The position numbers and the translations under genes were made by a program. A stretch of 13,284 nucleotides of DNA from Octopus sinensis. Its lineage: Eukaryota. Of this stretch, positions 8,801 through 13,284 are shown in pieces. Positions within the stretch are counted from its first letter, which is position 1. Each line of letters starts with the position of its first letter. Location of the stretch: positions 1-13,284 of the forward strand of contig NW_021826167.1 in the NCBI RefSeq assembly GCF_006345805.1. The letters are read 5' to 3'. The notes under the pieces were generated by a model. The model saw only the letters and a list, made by a program, of their open reading frames with translations. It was not told where the DNA came from and did no database searches.

Positions 8801-9329
8801 TCGAAACGACTTAGCATATCGTTGAGGTGAGGTAATCCCCTCGTATTCTTTCTCGAGCCAACAATCTACGCTTGCATCGCAAATTATGTTGAAGTCACCT
8901 AGCAATACTAACGTGTTCGACGTGCCAAGAAAATTCTCTAGGCTTTTGAAATACTCTTTCTGCCCGGCTTTTCCTGCGCAGGGAGCGTAGACAGCGACCA
9001 GCCTGAACACTTTACCACTGCTGTGCGTCACATCCAAAACGACCAACCTGCCTTCCGGATCTATAAAGACAGTTCTAATCTCTAAATCCAGGTTTTTCCT
9101 GACCAGCACTGCCACTCCTCCTCCCCCTCCAGGTCGACAGGGAGAAATGTATTTCTCGTAGCCGTTTAGAAGGGCCGAAAAAGCCTGCAGCCCACTCAGT
9201 CTGGATTCGGTAATTACCACTACATCCAAACGATGCGACCTAAGGTCGTTAAGGAGGTAGCCTTGCTTCCAATACGACCCCAGGCCGCGAGTATTTATAC
9301 AACCGAGTTTAAACGAGAATGTGAAAATT
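5890..9329 (-). pseudogene. LINE ORF2 (APE endonuclease, reverse transcriptase, zinc-binding C-terminus), multiple frameshifts and stops
   Basis: EN: KLGCINTRGL, DVVVITESR, VYAP, LLGDFN, YIDRI, YSDHK. Linker: GYWKLNKSLL. RT: KSPGLDGLP, NFRPITLLNAELKILAK, LDQSKAFDRVDH, VRQGCPLSPLLY, AYADDIT. C-terminus: CARC..ETVLHAIVQC. Split over at least seven ORF fragments; the 3' end is approximate. Confidence 0.95.
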
Positions 9330-9347
9330 TAGTCGAATGTTTAAAAC

Positions 9348-10930
9348 TTACTGTTTTAACGGAAGAGAGGATGTAGTTTCACCCTCATCTTTTCTGTCTG
9401 TGAGTGTTGTGTTTTGCGAGGTCAGTTTTTTTGCGAATTGCTTGTACAGATGGCTTGAAAAGTTCATCTGTAACGGGCCTACATCCTCCGCAAAAGATTT
9501 TTTAATTTCAAAATATTCCGCGTTATCTATCGTATAAAATTCTACATTTTCGGATATAATACTATTTATATCTGTTGCGATATATTTTTCGCCGATTTCA
9601 GTAAATTAATTTTCCCTTAATGGTTATTGTTTTTATTTATCGCCGTGAAGGTGTTTCTTTTTTTTTTGTTAGGTGATTGTGGAGGGGGCTGTGTGTGTGT
9701 GCTTGTAGAAGCGTGGGTGTTTGTAGGTGTTGTGCGTGCTTGTGGTAGGTGTGTGAGTGTTTGTGTGTGCTTTTCCAGTGTGTGTGTTTTTTTGGCTACG
9801 TGTGTGTTTGCGACTGTATTGTGGGTGTGGGTGTGCTTGTCTGTGTCAGAGTATAGTCCTGTGTATCCGAAGAGGGTGGATTTTTCCGTTTCCGTCTTCT
9901 TTTTGAAGCTTCCACGTTGACCCACTCCTGGATGTTGTTGATTGTTGTTGTCGTTCGTTTTCTCCCGTTGTCGGCTGAATTTCGGCAATTGGGGTGCGCG
10001 ACGTGGCTGCTATTTCTAGCGGTGAAGTTGTTTCGGCGTCGTGCTTGCCTCTGTAGTATTTTCTTTCGCTTGTTCTTGCAGCTCGACCGTATGTGGCCTT
10101 TCTCGCCACATTTATAGCATCTCGGTTTTCTTCCCTCGACTATTACCATCAAGGTGGTATCTCCAATGGTGAGGGAGCTTGGCAATTTTTCCAAGTCCGA
10201 GGGGTTCGCTTGGATCACAAGCTCTAAGTCCTGTCCATACCAGGTTGTGGGGCGATATCTTTTAGACTGAAGAATGGCAATTTCTTCCTCTTTGCCTAAG
10301 AGAATCGCTGCTGTTATAAAATCCACCTCGATTTCGGGCGGAATGTCCGTAACCGTTATTCTACTAGTTCTCATTCCTAAATAAAATGGTAAAAGAACTA
10401 CCTCTTCCGACTTCAACGTTCTTGTTGAATGTTCCCTAGCTATTTCTTCGCTAGGGAAACGCACCTCTACCGTGCCGAAGCGACTACCCCTTGTTATAAA
10501 TGTAGTTTGTTGCCATATCGGCCTCAAACATTTTTCTATGGCTTCTCTCTGTACGAAGTCAATTTTCTTATTTTTGACATTATAAGTCTTGTATATGACA
10601 GTTTTTCTCTCCGTCGCGTAAATCAATTCACTGGGAGGGAACAACTTCACATTATCACCTTCTTTTTTTAGTAGTCCTTGGTATTTCTTTAATTCTTCCT
10701 TGTTGATGACTATATTTTCACAGGGGCGAGTTGCTGCACTCGCAAACTTTATCTTTGCCTTTTCTTGTCGTTTACTAACTTCGCCAGACATATTGTGGTC
10801 TGCTTTTGTGAGGCTCGCGTGAGACGTCTCTTTACTTCTACATTCTTCCTCCCGCATTTTCGCCTTCATCGCCTTCAAACAAATTTTCAACGTTTTCCTC
10901 CGACTCGGAGGAGACTGGTTGCAAATTCAT
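9348..10930 (-). pseudogene. LINE ORF1 (RRM-like region and CCHC zinc knuckle), frameshifted
   Basis: ORF 9796-10890 contains RCYKCGEKGHIRSSC (CX2CX4HX4C) preceded by RITVTDIPPE. The likely true ATG is at 10930 (MNLQPVSSESEE..) in another frame. A Thr/Pro/His-rich tail and further coding-like sequence run to TAA at 9348. Confidence 0.85.
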
Positions 10931-11069
10931 GTCTTTTCGTCACTTCCCCCTTGAAACAAGGGGGACAGAACAGCAGAAAAGAAGTGGCCTCCACGACCAA
11001 AACAGCAAATTTTCAAACTTTTCAGCACAAAAACAATCTTTCACTGCGGAGCAAAGAATAACACGACCG

Positions 11070-11073
<4 letters not shown>

Positions 11074-11143
<70 letters not shown>

Positions 11144-11253
11144 TGTGTCGTTTGTATGTGTGTGTACGCTTATATATTAATTACTATGTGCTTGTGCAAA
11201 TGTATATGCATGTGTTTGAGAGAGAGAGAGAGTGTGTGTGTGTGTGTGTGTGT
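11074..11253. repeat. (GA)n followed by (GT)n/(GA)n compound microsatellite
   Basis: Directly visible; (GA)n 11074-11141 abuts the LINE 5' end. Confidence 0.97.
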
Positions 11254-11296
11254 CGTGCGTCTGCTATATTTCTTTATCAATATCGATAACGCAGCA

Positions 11297-11354
11297 ATGC
11301 TGGGATTTCATTGGTTAAAATTCGAAGATGCTGGGATTTCATTGGTTAAAATTC
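11297..11354. repeat. 27-bp perfect direct repeat with 4-nt spacer
   Basis: ATGCTGGGATTTCATTGGTTAAAATTC at 11297-11323 and 11328-11354. Confidence 0.95.
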
Positions 11355-11749
11355 TTAAAATAGAGAGGAGGGAGATAGTTAATGGAGAGGGGAGAAGGTG
11401 TCAGGGTTCGAGATCAGCGCCTAAACGGTAATGAAACAAGGTTATCTTAGCTGCACATTTCTGAAATCCAAGTTTATCATCCGAAGCAAAGCAATGAGGG
11501 ATCGAGTAGAGGCAGGAACCGAGCAAACACTGGTTTATATAGAGATTAGGGGTTTTTCGGGGGGGGGGGGTCGATTGGCGTGTTAGATAGAAGAGGGGGA
11601 AAGAGAGAGAGAGAGAAGGGAGACCCCACGAGGGAGAAATCTCTATGGCAGGACGAGGTTCGAAATAGAAAAAAAACTTAATGAAACAGGAAAGGCCGAA
11701 AACGCGAGACAGGCTTATATATATAAATATATATATGCGTCCATATGTA

Positions 11750-12462
11750 TAGGCATACCTACACAACTGGGCCCCACGACGAATTTGTTTCCTTATAACT
11801 TTGAGACAAATTGATATTTTTTAATGAAATTTCTTTGACAAAAATGCTTCAGATGATGAAGATTCCAATTATATCGGAAATTGTTGTAAAAACAAATTTT
11901 CAAACGTTGAGGAGTTGACTTTCTCAAAATTCACCCAAATCCGTTTTGTTTTTCTATAACTTTCAGAAAAGTGGATATTTTGTTTCTGTGAAAATTTCTA
12001 CAAATCCCTTTCAAATGGTGTAGATTAGGATTATATCGGAATTTAACATGAAAAAACTTTAAAAATTTGATGGTTTCGCACACATACATACTGACACACA
12101 TCACGGTTATTTTCCCAAAGTTCATCTTTTTATTTTCTGTTTTGTGTCAGTGTATATCTGTGCGAATCCACCAATTTTTATAATTTTCTTCATATTAAAT
12201 TCCGATATAATCGAAATCTTCACCATCTGAAACGGTTTTATTGAAAATATCTATTTTTTTGGAAAGAAAGCCGACTCGGGTGAACTTTCCTAAATTTCTC
12301 TCTCCACCCACCGAAAAGGTTTTTCTCACAACAAATTCCGATATAATTGGAATATTTGCCATTTGAATGATATTTGTGAAAGAAATTTCATTGAAAAACA
12401 TCCATTTTTCTAGAAGTTACAAGGAAACATTCGCCTGGGGCACATTTGTGTAGGTTTGCCTC
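11750..12462. mobile_element. Foldback/MITE-type non-autonomous DNA transposon, palindromic over nearly its whole length, TA-flanked
   Basis: Left AGGCATACCTACACAACTGGGCCCCACGACGAATTTGTTTCCTTATAACTT vs reverse complement of right AGGCAAACCTACACAAATGTGCCCCAGGCGAATGTTTCCTTGTAACTT. Symmetry continues inward (TTCCAATTATATCGGAA / TTCCGATATAATTGGAA; CTGACACA / TGTGTCAG) to a centre at ~12105-12135. TA at 11748-11749 and 12463-12464. Confidence 0.85.
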
Positions 12463-12613
12463 TACATACATACATATTTGCATATATAATTATATATACA
12501 CACACGAGGCTGTAGTATACATAGGTTTTTATGCATTTAATGGAACACGAGTGTATATTTGATGTAATTATTAAGTGAATGTGATGTTTTATGTTTGTTT
12601 TTCTTCCTTTCAG

Positions 12614-12770
12614 GGGTAAAACTGATGTTGTGGCCTTCTTAGTCTCCAGTGGAGCAAATGTTAATAAGCAGAACTCATTTGGCAACACACCTCTACATCT
12701 GGCTGTGGAGAATAACTATGAAGATGTAGTCAAAGTCCTGTTAAATAGCAAAGAAAATAACAATTTACAG
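12614..12770 (+). CDS. Internal coding exon of an ankyrin-repeat protein
   Basis: Polypyrimidine tract and CAG acceptor (12611-12613); CAG|GTCAGC donor. Encodes GKTDVVAFLVSSGANVNKQNSFGNTPLHLAVENNYEDVVKVLLNSKENNNLQ, with the ankyrin GxTPLHLA motif. Confidence 0.93.
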
Positions 12771-13220
12771 GTCAGCGAATATATATATATATGTGTGTGT
12801 GTGTGTATAATGATATGTATGTTGGTTTGTGTTATATGTATATGAAACAGTTTATATTTATATTTTTTTAATTAAAAACTTTTCTTCAGCTCACACAGAC
12901 CTGTACATACATACACAAATATACACACACATAAACGCATATATACACAAAAATGCATAAACAAATGATCCGTGAAGATATAAAACACGTATGTATATAT
13001 AGGTATTTATGTATATATGTATGTGCGAGAGTGTATATATACATATGCATACACAAATGTGTGTGTGTATAGATACATTATAAATCTCGTTTATTTTCCC
13101 CCCCACCTTCATTCCACCTGTTTAAATTAATCTGATTCTGTTTTTCTGACATTTTTCATTTTTTTCCTTCTTCTCCCAATAAACACCATCTTTAATGTCT
13201 TTATTGTTTATCTTTTTTAG

Positions 13221-13284
13221 GTTAATCTGCAAAATAGAGACGGTTGGACAGCTCTCCATGTTGCCTCGGGCTATGGAAGCAAGG
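13221..13284 (+). CDS. Next coding exon of the same ankyrin-repeat protein (runs to the window end)
   Basis: TTTTTTAG acceptor; phase-0 join in frame with the previous exon across a 450-nt GT-AG intron. Encodes VNLQNRDGWTALHVASGYGSK. Confidence 0.92.

Larger units (their letters stand above)
5707..11073 (-). mobile_element. Full-length, inactivated L1-superfamily LINE, probably Tx1 clade, ~5.37 kb
   Basis: Short 5' UTR, ORF1 with CCHC knuckle, ORF2 with APE, RT and C-terminal Cys/His motif, 3' UTR with AATAAA (5718-5713). Both ends abut (GA)n/(TC)n. Confidence 0.93.

Noticed and set aside
6081-11061. Plus-strand ORFs overlapping the LINE
   Set aside because: Antisense shadows of ORF1/ORF2 with no independent motifs.
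12591-12845. 84-aa single-exon ORF as a complete gene
   Set aside because: The ankyrin similarity is bounded by canonical splice sites at 12614 and 12770; the flanking codons are intronic.
12614-13284. Assigning a gene symbol to the ankyrin protein
   Set aside because: About two generic ankyrin repeats are not diagnostic of any particular gene.

Overview
Eukaryotic (animal) genomic DNA, AT- and microsatellite-rich. The repeat types resemble those I recall from octopus/cephalopod genomes (inference). The only host-gene coding sequence I can support is two spliced ankyrin-repeat exons on the + strand (12614-12770 and 13221 to the window end). The preceding 12.6 kb is probably one large intron filled with mobile DNA: a full-length but disabled ~5.4 kb L1/Tx1-type LINE on the - strand flanked on both sides by (GA)n/(TC)n, three RTE-type LINE 3' ends, two Penelope-like element (PLE) fragments (one with a twin-priming-type 5' inversion), a SINE-like fragment and a ~710 bp foldback MITE. 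The most interesting signal is non-coding. A well-formed type I hammerhead ribozyme (724-804, - strand) sits inside a 433-nt unit present as ~1.3 tandem copies plus a 107-bp terminal inversion, inserted in (TA)n, which is a retrozyme/PLE-pLTR-like architecture. A tandem pair of minimal hammerhead-like cores with a compensatory U3-A8 change lies downstream of the PLE endonuclease. Most ORFs in the supplied track are microsatellite or antisense artefacts.
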